64,000 bases of DNA from Octopus vulgaris. Its lineage: Eukaryota. The notes beneath the pieces are model-generated. The model ran no database searches. It was not told the DNA's origin and saw nothing but the letters and a program-made list of their open reading frames with translations. A program made the translations under genes and the position numbers. Position 1 is the stretch's first letter. Each line of letters opens with the position of its first letter. Shown piece after piece: positions 12,105 to 26,500 of the stretch. Where the stretch lies: contig OX597822.1 of assembly GCA_951406725.2 (NCBI GenBank), positions 94,178,001 through 94,242,000 on the forward strand. Direction: 5' to 3'.

Positions 12105-13814
12105 ATGAAACCGATGGTTTCTAAACAATCATAACCCATGCCAGCATGGAAAACAGACAGTAAAAGATGATGACGATATGGTCAAGGCAAGGAAGCTTAC
12201 AATGGGTTTTGTGTAACATTTGTGAATGATTTACACTCTTTTTCATTTTTATGTTTGGTCATTTTTAAAAAACAAATAGCATAGCAGCCCTCCATTCACA
12301 GGATTGCTGTTTATTTTGTTGGATCAACTAAATGTGATCAAACTAAACCTAAGAACACGAAAAAGCAAAAAGAGAAATCCAACTATATTGGCTTTCAAAG
12401 TTCTGGTAATTGATATGATACCTTGATTCATCCACTTTTCCATAATTTCATGGGTTGGACAGTATTGATTGAGGTTGATGTTTCTATGGCTGGATGCCTT
12501 TCCTGTCTCCAACTCTCACTTGTTTCCAAGTAAGGTAATATTTTCCTATGGCCAGACATGTTTTCACTGAAGATTAGAAATGCATGACATCACTTGTATG
12601 ATGTTGATGCTTGGTTGCAGCTGCAACACAATGTTGAGACAAGGTGAGACACACACATATATATAATGGGGTTTCTTTCAGTTTCCATCTATCATATCCA
12701 CTCTTGAGGCTTTGTTCGACCTCAGGCCATTGTAGCAAGGTGCCATGCAATGGAACTGAACCTGGAACCATGTGGATGGGAAGTCAACTCCTTAACCATC
12801 CTCAGTTAATAATAATTAATAATATCTCCCTGACACTTGACAATGCAACATTGTATGAAGGGATTTGATAAAATTTTTTTTAGTCTTGGTAAATTTTCAT
12901 TCATTAAGGTTTGTTAGTATGTTACCAATCATTTCTCATAACTTTCTGTTACTATTTTTATGTAGTGTATGTTTGAAGTGGAGATGTGTAGTCTTGTATT
13001 AGGATGTTGAAGATTGATTTTCTGACTTGGCGCTATGTTGTGTCCTTGAGCAAAGCTTTTCGTTTCTTGCCGTTTCAGTTGAACACTTTATGGAAAATGT
13101 GTATCAGTAGCACTTAGTGTTTTACACTGCTACAGACTGGTGGTCATGTTTAGGAGACAGTCTCATATTCTCAGCTGAAACAGTTTGTAGGCTCAGGATA
13201 GGCTTTAACATGTTTGATGTATGTATCTCAATTTGAATTACTGGTGTTATGTCGATATTTTAATATAAAATCAGTATAAATTATCTATAGCTAATATATT
13301 GGTAAATTTCATGGGTTGGACAGTATTGATTGAGGTTGATTTTCTATGGCTGGATGCCTTTCCTGTCTCCAACTCTCACTTGTTTCCAAGCAAGGTAATA
13401 TTTTCCTATGGCCAGACATGTTTTCACTGAAGATTAGAAATGCATGACATCACTTGCATGATGTTGATGCTTGATTGCAGCTGCAACACAATGTTGAGAC
13501 AAGGTGAGACAAGATTGTTCACAGTAGGATTAAAATGTTAGACATGTTGCATTATGTTGTGCAGTTTGTTTGAACATGAAAACTCCATAAGATTTTTACT
13601 CATTGTATGATCTCAAACTCAAGGTGGTTCAAACTTCAGCTGGTATAAAATATGTCTTGCCAAGTTTTATCAAACTCATGGCTGTACCATCAACTCTTAA
13701 TGTAAAACAAAACATTCATCTTGAGTTTTTTTTTTATGTCCCACTTAAGCTATCTAATCATTTTAATACTTTATTACATTCTTATGCTTAGTTTGTTTTA
13801 GAACTTCCGCTTAA

Positions 13815-14035
13815 CCCTTTCATTACTGTATTTATTTTGAGATGCTCTGTGTTTCTTTCAATTACTTTAAATATAACAAAGAATTTAATAAAATAACTTA
13901 GTTATCATTAAGCTGGTGTTAGGAACATAAATTGTGAATAAGGTTTGGTGGAAGATTTTAATTCAAAACTTATGAAAACAAGACATTTGTACTACTGAGC
14001 CAGAGCTGGTTTCAGCCAGGTTGGTAATGAAAGGG
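13815..14035. mobile_element. piggyBac-type MITE
   Basis: TTAA|CCCTTTCATTAC ... GTAATGAAAGGG|TTAA. Confidence 0.85.
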
Positions 14036-14198
14036 TTAATATTGTATCAGTGGTGAACTCTCTCTGAAGATAATAAGATCTGCTCACTCATTAATTGATG
14101 TTTCCCATCTCAAAAGATCAAGCAATATACACTATCGCATTGGTGCTATTTTCATCATATACAACACTCTAACAGCTTGTTCATCTTTCATGTATGTA

Positions 14199-15118
14199 CA
14201 AGGTGATATCAAAGGGTTCCCAGACTAGTTATGTTTAATAAACAAATAACCTATTTATCTAAGTTTTAACCTCATCTCCTTCAAAATAGTCACCTTGTGT
14301 AGCAATACACTGATTCCAGTGTGCTCAACATTTTTATGATCTGGTTTGGAAGTTGTTTTCCATAAGCGAGTCAAGGTCTTTCTGCAATTCACTCTTGATC
14401 TTGACATTGGTGTTAAGATGGCAACCTTTGAGCTGCATTTTCATCTTGGGGGAAGAGATGGAAGTACGCAGGGGCTAAATTTGGCGAATGGGGGTCGGTG
14501 TGGAAGTGAAACCATTTTGTTTTTGGTAAGAAACTCACAAGTGAGGAGAGCTTGGTGATACGGTGCATTGTTGCCCTGAGGAATCCAGTTCCTTTCACTC
14601 CACAGATCTGGTCACTTTCACCAAATGCCCTCCCTCAAAACACTTCAAAACATCATTGATTGTCCTCTGACGATCCTCATGCAAAAGCTGATGAATTTTC
14701 TCCACATTTCTTAGTGGGATGCTTGTAGCAGGTCTTCCAGATCGCTCATCGTCTTCCAGGGATGTTCTTCAACTTTTGAAGTGCCTGTGCCATTCGGAAC
14801 ATTGCGTATGACCCATTACCGCGTTACCATAAGCTTGCCAAAACATGCTCGATGTCTGTGTAGCAGACTTGCCAAGTTTAGCACAAAATTTCATGATGGC
14901 TCTTTGTTCCAACTTCCTATCCATGACAAAAATTGCAGACTCTAGTATACACATGATCACAAAATCACAAATTTCACAACATGCAAAGTAAATGCAGCAA
15001 TGTCACTCATCCACTGCCTCATGAAGGTTATTGCTAGCTCTCACTGTGCACACAACTGTGTGCTGCCATCTGTTGGTGCACAACAGAACTAGTCTGGGAA
15101 CTTTATGACACCACCTTG
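14199..15118 (-). mobile_element. Decayed, internally deleted mariner transposon
   Basis: TA-flanked TIRs (caaggtgatatcaaagggttcccagactagt / actagtctgggaactttatgacaccaccttg); fragments MDRKLEQRAIMKFCAKLGKSAT... and PHSPNLAPAYFHLFP (YSPDLAP motif). Confidence 0.85.
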
Positions 15119-17577
15119 TATCATTGTTTCATCACATTTTACATATCATGCTTTACTTTTATCTGTTTTGTAATAACAAATTGTCAGCTCTACTGAAGGA
15201 GACCTATAACTATTTGAATATTTGGTAAAAATTCCAAAGCCCCACTTTACAGATGAGCTATAGTTCTGTTAAATCTGGAACCATACTGTGCAGGGCCATT
15301 AAATAGTGGTGGTATATACCAGTCTAACCAGGGTTGTTCAACCAGGTTCTGTAGCAACAAAATTTTCCCACGTCACTTTTTCCTATCTTTGAAATGAAAC
15401 CAGATTTACGAGAGGCCTACTCCTATGTCACTGGCTAGGGGGACACTCATCATCATTTAGTGTCTGCTTTCCATGCTAGCATGGGTTGGAAGGTTCAACT
15501 GGGGTCTGGGAAGCCAGAAGGCTGCACCAGGCCCAGTCTGATCTGGCAATGTTTCTACAGCTGGATGCCCTTCCTAATGCCAACCACTCGGTGAGTGTAG
15601 TGGGTGCTTTTTATGTGCCAGACGGGGCTGGCAGACGGCCACGGTCAGATGGTGCTTTTTACGTGCCACCGGCATGGGGGCCAGGCGAGGCTGGCAACGG
15701 CCATGATTGGACGGTGCTTTTTATGTGCCACCGGCACGGAGGCCAGTCGGGGTGGCACTGGCAATGGCCACGATCGGACGGTTCACTTACGTGCCACCGG
15801 CACTGGTATCACAGCTGCAATTTCCATTGATGTTGATCGACTTCGATTTTGGTTCTGATTTCCTCATTCTGAAGAAATATTGTGCATTTGACATGAGCAA
15901 AAAAAAAAGTATTCAGCCATATTCCATATCGTAGCTAAACTGTATGCTTGTGGGCTCCAGCTTTATTTTGTCTCTGGATCTAAGGTTTCTTATTAGATTG
16001 TATCAACAGCGTCTGGTAATGAGTTTCTTCCTGATATACATTCTATCCCAAAATTCATTTATGTTCCCCATACTATTCTTCCTGCACATTGGTCGTTATC
16101 TCTGAGCTGTGAGTTAAACCTCTGCCCAAGCTCTTTCCTCCCTCATATTTATTGTTCTCTATAATTTCTCTTATTCTTCTGCTTGTGCGTTTCCATATTC
16201 ACTGGCATTCACATACGTTTGTATGTTAAATGATTCTCTCTACCCATTTGTAATTACTTCTGTAGGCCATGCAAAACAGAAGAATGATTTACTTGAGCAT
16301 TAAAGCTGCTTTATAAGCAACTAATTAATGCTGTTGATTGAACAAGGAAGATTGTTGCATCTTGTTCGAAGAGGGCTCAACAAATCATGAAACGGTCTGG
16401 CAGGAGACTCTGTGACTTTTTTCCCACAAATCAGTAGTATAGAAAAGTTGTGTTCACATTCCTATACTCACTTTACCTATGGCAAGGTTTTATGACTTTT
16501 AATTTATCACAGTTCTTGTGGTTTATATTGTGTTGTACATAAACAAACCATCAAAAGCACAAATATGCAAATTAGGCTATTTACTAATGTACTAGCTTAA
16601 TTCATGACTGCTTTATAAGCAGCTGATCTCTGCTTTTGATTGGGGAAAGAAGATGGGTATGTCTTCCCTGAGGAGTGGTCAACAAACCACCAAACAGTCC
16701 ATCAGGAAACTAACTCTTAGTTTTTCTGTACATCATTTGTATAGAAGGAGTGTTTTTACATTAGGTTCTATAATTTAAGAATTATCATATGTATATTATT
16801 GGTGGATTGTTTATGCTGAGTGAGTAAACCTAGGATCTATTATCAAAAGCTCCAGCCATGACTGTCTCATCTTAGGACTACATTATCTAATGCATTCATT
16901 TCCTGATTTAAGACAGCCAGGTGTGAGCTGAGGATGATTTGACTTGCTATTTCTTATAAACTAAAGGAAAACATTGAGGATACATCATGAGCTTGTATGC
17001 ACTGTGAATGTATGAAGTCCTGTGTATGTGTGTGTGTGCATGCAGACTTTTTATGTCTGTAGTGAAATAGTAAACATTTGTTTTAAAATAAGCTTGAAAT
17101 ATAGTGCAGAAAAAGAAAAAAAAAACAAAACAAAACAGAACAAAAATCCTAAATAAAAATTCATATTTTTTTATATTTTAATAAAATTATATATTTTGAT
17201 AGTTATATTTCTCAATTGTCAATTTCTTTCACAGTTTGTTTTTTTGTTTTAAATATATATGTTTATAAAAAAATTTGGAAAAGCAATATTATTTTTACAT
17301 ATTTTGTTGTGTTTTCAGTTTCTTTAGGTGTATATATCATTTGTGTATCTTAAATTTGCATCACTTAACCTTTTGGCATTTAGACCAGCCATATACAGCC
17401 CAAATAGTCTACTTGTTTTGTGTCCAAACTGGCCGGATCTGGCCTCTCACACTGACCCTAAAATGTCATTCTAAAAATACACAACCACATCATCAAAATC
17501 TCAAAGCTATGTGGTAATGTATGATTAATTCAAAACAATGTGAATAAATAATCTTTACATTTGACAGACTAATATGA

Positions 17578-18526
17578 TTTCAAATTTTGGCACAAGGCCA
17601 GCAATTTCAGGGGAGTTGAATAAGTCGGTTACATCAACCCCAGTGCTCAACTGCTACTTATTTAACTGAAGTGATGAAAGGCAAAGTTGATTTTGGCAGG
17701 ATTTGAACTCAGAATGTCAAGATGGATGAAACGTTAAGCATTTTACCCAGTGTTGACACAAGGGGCTAAACATAAAGGGGACAAACAAGGACAGACAAAC
17801 GGATTAAGTCGATAATATCGACCTCAGTGCATAATTGGTACTTATTTAATCGACCCCGAAAGGATGGAAGGCAAAGTCGACCTTGGTGGAATTTGAACTC
17901 AGAACGTAGCGGCAGACAAAATACCTATTTCTTTACTACCCTCAAGGGGCTAAACATAGAGGGGACGAACAAGGACAGACAAACGGATTAAGTCGATAAT
18001 ATCGACCTCAGTGCGTAACTGGTAATTATTTAATCGACCCCGAAAGGATGAAAGGCAAAGTCAATCTTGGTGGAATTTGAACTCAGAACGTAGCGGCAGA
18101 TGAAATACCTATTTCTTTACTACCAACAAGGGGCTAAACACAGAGGGGACGAACAAGGACAGACAAATGGATTAAGTCGATTCCATCGACCCCAGTGCGT
18201 AACTGGTACTTAATTCATCGACCCTGAAAGGATGAAAGGCAAAGTCGACCTTGGTGGAATTTGAACTCAGAACGTAGCGGCAGACGAAATACCTATTTCT
18301 TTACTACCCTCAAGGGGCTAAACACAGAGGGGACGAACAAGGACAGACAAACGGATTAAGTTGATTATATCGACTCCAGTGCGTAACTGGTACTTATTTA
18401 ATCGACCCCGAAAGGATGAAAGGCAAAGTCGACCTCAGCGGAATCTGAACTCAGAATGTAGCGGCAGACGAAATACTGCTAAGCATTTTGCCTGGTGTGC
18501 TAACGATTCTGCCAGCTCGCTGCCTT
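17578..18526 (-). mobile_element. Chain of SINE-A segments (one full head, three ~184-bp headless repeats, one segment with a different tail) inserted in a piggyBac MITE
   Basis: Repeated junction aatac|ctatttctttactacc at ~17925, ~18109, ~18293; whole chain flanked by ATTTGACAGA(C/G)TAATATGA (17559-17577 / 18527-18545). Confidence 0.8.
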
Positions 18527-18985
18527 ATTTGACAGAGTAATATGAATGCTAAAGGGTTAATATGTCGGTTTACCCTGCATTACAGAAACAGCAATGTTCT
18601 GTATCTTTAATTCTCTTGATTTTTACCCCTCAATTTTAACATTTATTCCATTATCTAATCTAGACTGAAAATAGTTGTTTTAATGCTTTTTTGTTTACCA
18701 TATTTCTGTTGAAATACACTGGATTTATTTCAATGAATTTTGAAAATAATGAAGGATTTAGTACCATATTTTCTTACATACAAGTCAAATTTTTCAGGGC
18801 AAAATTTACACCATGGTAACTTTATAGGACTGAAGATTCTTAGTGAAATGCAACAGAATTTCAGGTGTCACTCTGCCTCCTGTTTAACTATTTAGCATTC
18901 AGATTATTCTGTCAAATGGAATGCTTTTTTATTCACATTGTCTAGAATTAATCATGCATTATCTCATAGCTCTGAGATCTCGATG

Positions 18986-21900
18986 ATGTGATTGTTTATT
19001 TTTAGAATTACATTGTAGGACAGGTTTCAGGTACCAAATGTGTGATTGTTTATTTTTAGAATTACATTGGATTGTTATTTATCATTGTAGGACAGGTGTG
19101 TACGTGGACAGGTGCAGGTACCAAATGTGTAATTGTTTATTTTTAGAATTACATTGTAGGACAGGTGTCAGGTACCAAATGTGTGATTGTTTATTTTTAG
19201 AATTACATTGTAGGACAGGTGTCAGGTACCAAATGTGTGATTGTTTATTTTTAGAATTACATTGTAGGACAGGTGTCAGGTACCAAATGTGTGATTGTTT
19301 ATGTTTAGAATTACATTGTAGGACAGGTGTCAGGTACCAAATGTGTGATTGTTTATGTTTAGAAGGTACCAAATGGTATTGTTTATGTTTAGAAGTACAT
19401 TGTAGGACAGGTGTCAGGTACCAAATGTGTGATTGTTTATGTTTAGAATTACATTGTAGGACAGGTGTCAGGTACCAAATGTGTGATTGTTTATGTTTAG
19501 AATTACATTGTAGGACAGGTGTCAGGTACCAAATGTGTGATTGTTTATGTTTAGAATTACATTGTAGGACAGGTGTCATGTATTGTTATTTTAGAAGGTA
19601 CCAAATGTGTGATTGTTTATTTTGAATTACATTGTAGGACATTACATTCAGAATTACATTGTAGGACAGGTGTCAGGTACCAAATGTGTGATTGTTTATT
19701 TTCAGAATTACATTGTAGGACAGGTGTCAGGTACCAAATGTGTGATTGTTTATTTTCAGAATTACATTGTAGGACAGGTGTCAGGTACCAAATGTGTGAT
19801 TGTTTATTTTTAGAATTACATTGTAGGACAGGTGTCAGGTACCAAATGTGTGATTGTTTATTTTTAGAATTACATTGTAGGACAGGTGTCAGGTACCAAA
19901 TGTGTGATTGTTTATTTTCAGAATTACATTGTAGAACAGGTGTCAGGTACCAAATGTGTGATTGTTTATTTTCAGAATTACATTGTAGGACAGGTGTCAG
20001 GTACCAAATGTGTGATTGTTTATTTTTATAATTACATTGTAGGACAGGTGTCAGGTACCAAATGTGTGATTGTTTATTTTCAGAATTACATTGTAGAACA
20101 GGTGTCAGGTACCAAATGTGTGATTGTTTATTTTCAGAATTACATTGTAGAACAGGTGTCAGGTACCAAATGTGTGATTGTTTATTTTTAGAATTACATT
20201 GTAGGACAGGTGTCAGGTACCAAATGTGTAATTGTTTATTTTTAGAATTACATTGTAGGACAGGTGTCAGGTACCAAATGTGTGATTGTTTATTTTTATA
20301 ATTACATTGTAGGACAGATGTCAGGTACCAAATGTGTGATTGTTTATGTTTAGAATTACATTGTAGGACAGGTGTCAGGTACCAAATGTGTGATTGTTTA
20401 TTTTATTACATTGTAGAAGTACATTGTTTATTTTAGAATTACATTGGACAGGTGTCAGGTACCAAATGTGTGATTGTTTATGTTTAGAATTACATTGTAG
20501 GACAGGTGTCAGGTACCAAATGTGTGATTGTTTATTTTTAGAATTACATTGTAGGACAGGTGTCAGGTACCAATGTGTGATTGTTTATTTTGAAAATTGT
20601 GATTGTTTATGTTTAGAATTACATTGTAGGACAGGTGTCGGGTACCAAATGTGTGATTGTTTATTTTTAGAATTACATTGTAGGACAGGTGTCAGGTACC
20701 AAATGTGTGATTGTTTATGTTTAGAATTACATTGTAGGACAGGTGTCGGGTACCAAATGTGTGATTGTTTATTTTTATAATTACATTGTAGGACAGATGT
20801 CAGGTACCAAATGTGTGATTGTTTATGTTTAGAATTACATTGTAGGACAGGTGTCAGGTACCAAATGTGTGATTGTTTATTTTTAGAATTACATTGTAGG
20901 ACAGGTGTCAGGTACCAAATGTGTGATTGTTTATGTTTAGAATTACATTGTAGGACAGGTGTCGGGTACCAAATGTGTGATTGTTTATTTTTAGAATTAC
21001 ATTGTAGGACAGGTGTCAGGTACCAAATGTGTAATTGTTTATGTTTAGAATTACATTGTAGGACAGGTGTCGGGTACCAAATGTGTGATTGTTTATTTTT
21101 AGAATTACATTGTAGGACAGGTGTCAGGTACCAAATGTGTGATTGTTTATGTTTAGAATTACATTGTAGGACAGGTGTCGGGTACCAAATGTGTGATTGT
21201 TTATTTTCAGAATTACATTGTAGGACAGGTGTCAGGTACCAAATGTGTGATTGTTTATTTTTAGAATTACATTGTAGGACAGGTGTCGGGTACCAAATGT
21301 GTGATTGTTTATGTTTAGAATTACATTGTAGGACAGGTGTCGGGTACCAAATGTGTGATTGTTTATTTTTAGAATTACATTGTAGGACAGGTGTCAGGTA
21401 CCAAATGTGTGATTGTTTATGTTTAGAATTACATTGTAGGACAGGTGTCGGGTACCAAATGTGTGATTGTTTATTTTAGAATTACATTGTAGGACAGGTG
21501 TCAGGTACCAAATGTGTGATTGTTTATGTTTAGAATTACATTGTAGGACAGGTGTCGGGTACCAAATGTGTGATTGTTTATTTTTAGAATTACATTGTAG
21601 GACAGGTGTCAGGTACCAAATGTGTGATTGTTTATGTTTAGAATTACATTGTAGGACAGGTGTCGGGTACCAAATGTGTGATTGTTTATTTTCAGAATTA
21701 CATTGTAGGACAGGTGTCGGGTACCAAATGTGTGATTGTTTATTTTCAGAATTACATTGTAGGACAGGTGTCGGGTACCAAATGTGTGATTGTTTATTTT
21801 TAGAATTACATTGTAGGACAGGTGTCGGGTACCAAATGTGTGATTGTTTATTTTCAGAATTACATTGTAGGACAGGTGTCAGGTACCAAATGTGTGATTG

Positions 21901-22389
21901 TTTATGTTTAGAAGTACATTGTAGGACAGGTGTCAGGTACCAAATGTGTGATTGTTTATGTTTAGAATTACATTGTAGGACAGGTGTCAGGTACCAAATG
22001 TGTGATTGTTTATTTTCAGAATTACATTGTAGGACAGGTGTCAGGTACCAAATGTGTGATTGTTTATTTTTAGAATTACATTGTAGGACAGGTGTCAGGT
22101 ACCAAATGTGTGATTGTTTATTTTCAGAATTACATTGTAGGACAGGTGTCAGGTACCAAATGTGTGATTGTTTATGTTTAGAATTACATTGTAGGACAGG
22201 TGTCAGGTACCAAATGTGTGATTGTTTATTTTCAGAATTACATTGTAGGACAGGTGTCAGGTACCAAATGTGTGATTGTTTATTTTTAGAATTATATTGT
22301 AGGACAGGTGTCAGGTACCAAATGTGTGATTGTTTATTTTTAGAATTACATTGTAGGACAGGTGTCAGGTACCAAATGTGTGATTGTTT
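18986..22389. repeat. 54-bp tandem satellite, about 60-63 units
   Basis: Unit atgtgtgattgtttatttttagaattacattgtaggacaggtgtcaggtaccaa (18 codons, MCDCLFLELHCRTGVRYQ in the ORF track); one GGTACC per unit. Confidence 0.97.
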
Positions 22390-22805
22390 GAATGCTAAAT
22401 AGATGGAATATTTGGGCCAGCTTTGTTTGGTTTAAATGCTACAGGGTTTTAGTGTTTGAGTAGTCCCTAGACACCCTTGTACACTTAGCCTTAAGCAGAA
22501 TCAACATGACGCAGAGTCGGGCAAGGCTGGCTCTTTGAACTACAGCAACAGTACAATCCAATGGGCTTCCATACAGTTTCTGTCAACCAATTTCACTGAC
22601 ATGGCATTGACTGATCTGGTACTATAAGCAAAAGACACTTGCCTGTGTTGCCCCAATATGGGATTGAACTTGATACTTCATGATTGTGAAGTGGCCCTCT
22701 TAAATCACACACACACACACATATCTACTCTTGTACAATATATGTACATAGACACACATATGCAAACACGCATGTGCCTGCACACATGCACATTCATATG
22801 CATAC

Positions 22806-22841
<36 letters not shown>

Positions 22842-23473
22842 CATAATCATCACCATCATAGTTGTTTTAATGACTACTTTCCCATGCTTAAGTCACAGCT
22901 GGATGTATTACCAGCCCCGGATGTGTTACCAATCAAGGTAATATTTTCCCATGGCCAGGCATGTTCTCACAGGAGGTGGGAAAGCTTTGCTACGTCTCCT
23001 GTAAATTGTATAGCTGTGCTCTCATGTCAAACTGACATTATAATCTTCAAATGCCTAAACTAGTAGGTTGAAATTAACTAGCTAAATTGGCGTACTAGAA
23101 ACCTGTCAGTGGAAATCTCGGTCCATACAGTATTCAAGGTATATTTTAGACACACACACACACACTCAAATGTATATCTAGGGAAAAACAGTAACATTGC
23201 CTGCAAGATTTGAACCCATGTATGCTGTAAACACTTTTGCAGTGCAAATGTGCTGAATTTTTTTCTTTTTACTTAGTATACTCTTTTACTTGTTTTGACT
23301 GTGGCCATGCTGGAGCACCGCCTTTAGTTGAGCAAATCGACCCCGGGACTTATTCTTTGTAAGCCCAGTACTTATTCTATCGGTCTCTTTTGCCGAACCG
23401 CTAAGTGACGGGGACATAAACACACCAGCATCGGTTGTCAAGCAATGCTAGGGAGACAAACACAGACACACAA

Positions 23474-23504
<31 letters not shown>

Positions 23505-26500
23505 CATACATATATACGACAGGCTTCTTTCAGTTTCCGTCTACCAAATCCACTCACAAGGCATTGGTCGGCCCGGGGCTATAGCAGAAGACACTTGCCC
23601 AAGATGCCACGCAGTGGGACTGAACCTGGAGCCATGTGGTTGGTTAGAAAGCTACTTACCACACAGCCACTCCTGCGCCTATAAATACCATATTAAACTA
23701 TATCACTCTAAGCCTAGTTTATAGAGAATCTTTCTGCTCTAAATACATATACTTGGTTCATGCCAGTGACACATAAGAGGCACCTGCTCTTGGAGTGGTT
23801 GATGTTAGGAAGAGCATCCAGCTGTAAAAAAAACCAAGCCAAATCAGACTGGAACCTAGTACAGCTTCCTGGCTTACCAGTTCCAATCAACATATCTAAC
23901 CCATGCCAGCATGAAAATTGGAAGCTAAATGATGATGATGATGATGTGCATGCACATGCATATGTAGCTGTCTTCCTATCATCACCCATGTGTAAAATCC
24001 TACCAAAAATGATGTCCAGTCCCAGGATACTTACACTTTACTCTTTTACTTGTTTCAGTCATTTGACTGCGGCCATGCTGGAGCACCGCCTTTAGTCGAG
24101 CAAATCGACCCCGGGACTTATTATTTGTAAGCCCAGTACTTATTCTATCGGTCTCTTTTGCCGAACTGCTAAGTGACAGGGATGTAAACACACCAGCATC
24201 GGTTGTCAAGCAATGCTAGGGGGACAAACACAGACACACAAACACACACACGCATATATATATGTACATATATACGACGGGCTTCTTTCAGTTTCCAGTC
24301 TACCAAATTCACTCACAAGGATTTGGTCGGCTCGAGGCTATAGTAGAAGACACTTGCCCAAGATGCCACGCAGTGGGACTGAACCTGGAACCATGTGGTT
24401 GGTAAACAAGCTACTTACCACACAGCCACTCCTGCGCCATATATATATATATGCATGTGCATGTGATTATATATATGTACATTATATATATATATTTTTA
24501 TTCTTTTACTTGTTTCAGTCATTTTTGACTGTGGAGCACTGTTTTTAGTCAAACAAATCAACCCCAGGGCTTATTCTTTGTAAGCCTAGTACTTATTCTG
24601 TTGGTCTTTTTTGCCAAACTGCTACGTTACAGGGGCACAAACACACCAGCATCGGTTGTCAAGCGATGTTGGGGTAGGGGAGACAAACAGACACACAAAC
24701 ATATATACTCGTACATATATATATATATATGATAAGGTTTTTTTTTCTATTCCAAAGAAAAACGATTTTATTCACACAAATATGCAACCGAAGAGTTTAA
24801 AGTACCAGTAATGATAAAGGTGGCGAGCTGGCAGAAACGTTAGCACGCTGGACGAAATGCGTAGCCGTATTTCTTCTGCCGTTACGTTCTGAGTTTAAAT
24901 TCCGCCGAGGTCGACTTTGCCTTTCATCCTTTCGGGGTCGATTAAATAAGTACCAGTTATGCACTGGGGTCGATATAATCGACTTAATCCGTTTGTCTGT
25001 CCTTGTTTGTCCTTTCTGTGTTTAGCCCCTTGTGGGTAGTAAAGAAATAAGTAATGATAAGGCTGTTGACTGGAAGAACACAAACATGGTTTAAACAGTA
25101 AGCTTGGCAGGAAAGAAACGTGCCTTTAAGCAGTACAAAAACAACAAAAAATGGAAGGTGCAGTTATGTACAGGTTGACGGAAGAAAAGCAGGACAAAAA
25201 CGATGCATGCAAATGGGTTAGCTGGAGGTAAATCTAGATGGAAAAGCATGATGAATTTATGAGAACATACCTGGGACAATAATAAGTTTATCCAATAAAA
25301 CATTTAGGAAATCAACTTGGGGCGATTTTTGATGAAAATCAAATATACTGCATTTTGTGGTATTATTTTAAGCCAGCTGGCTTTTTTTGCACAAATTGCA
25401 CGTGCATTTTTCTCGCGTATGCGTAATATCGATCACAACAGCTGATGTACTTGCACGTACAAGTGCACGTTCCCACGGCTTTATCAATCGCATTCTCACC
25501 TGGAATCGATTTTTGTAATTTTTTTCAAGACTTATACATGCCCTGATACCGTCAGTATCTACATATTAAATTTGAGTGCAATCGGATGGAGGATGCCCAA
25601 GATCCTAGAAGACACACACACAGAATTATGTACATTTTCAGAAATCCAGTGCTGTATAATACTTGAGAAGAATGAACTAAGAGAAATAACTCACGTAGCT
25701 CTGCTAAAAAATTGACTTTCTCGTAATTATCTCCCTTCTCCTTTAAGAGTTTTAACGATTGCAACACGCTAGTTTTTTTTCTGATATATATTTCTTCGTC
25801 AAAAAAGCAAATTTCAATGCAGTGAAATTTTGCACGCCTGTCACTCACTACATCACCACTTAATTGATTTCACTGAATTCATGCCATTGGTTCCCGTGGG
25901 TTATTTCCCTTAGCTCATTCTTTACAATTGTGTCACCTTATTTCACTGGATTTGTTTTGTACTACTATTAGTCAGGCATACCTATTTCTTTATTACCCAC
26001 CACATGGAGCTAAACATAGAGGGGACAAACAAGGACAGTCATAGGTATTAAGTGCGTAACTGGTACTTAATTTATCGACCCCGAAAGGATGAAAGGCCAA
26101 GTCGACCTCGGCGGAATTTGAACCCAGAACGTAACGGCAGACGAAATACGGCTACGCATTTCGCCCGGCGTGCTAACGTTTCTGCCAGCTCAACGTTGGT
26201 AATTAGTTCCAAGACATGCGACTAACCTCGAAAAGTGACCTAACACGAAAAACATTTTAAAAACTGTACTATCTCATAACTATTTTAATAAATAATTTGT
26301 ATATATTTTCACATAGGTTTTTAGGTTTTTCTTTAAAAAAAAAAATATTGTGCTTTTAAATATGTTTACTGAGATCGACGTAAAGTTGGGTCAATCGATT
26401 GAGGTTTATTTTTTCCATTAATTCATTGATAATATGCAAAACGACATAAGGATCTTTTCCTTTTGAACGGCACATGTCAACACAATTTCTAGTTAACTAA

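Noticed and set aside
18986-22389. CRISPR array
   Set aside because: Contiguous tandem units with no unique spacers; eukaryotic context; no cas genes
19038-22402. Cys/His-rich repeat ORFs (MCDCLFLELHCRTGVRYQ)n as a metal-binding protein
   Set aside because: By-product of a 54-bp (multiple of 3) satellite derived from a MITE interior; frames are broken by indels and stops and are open on both strands
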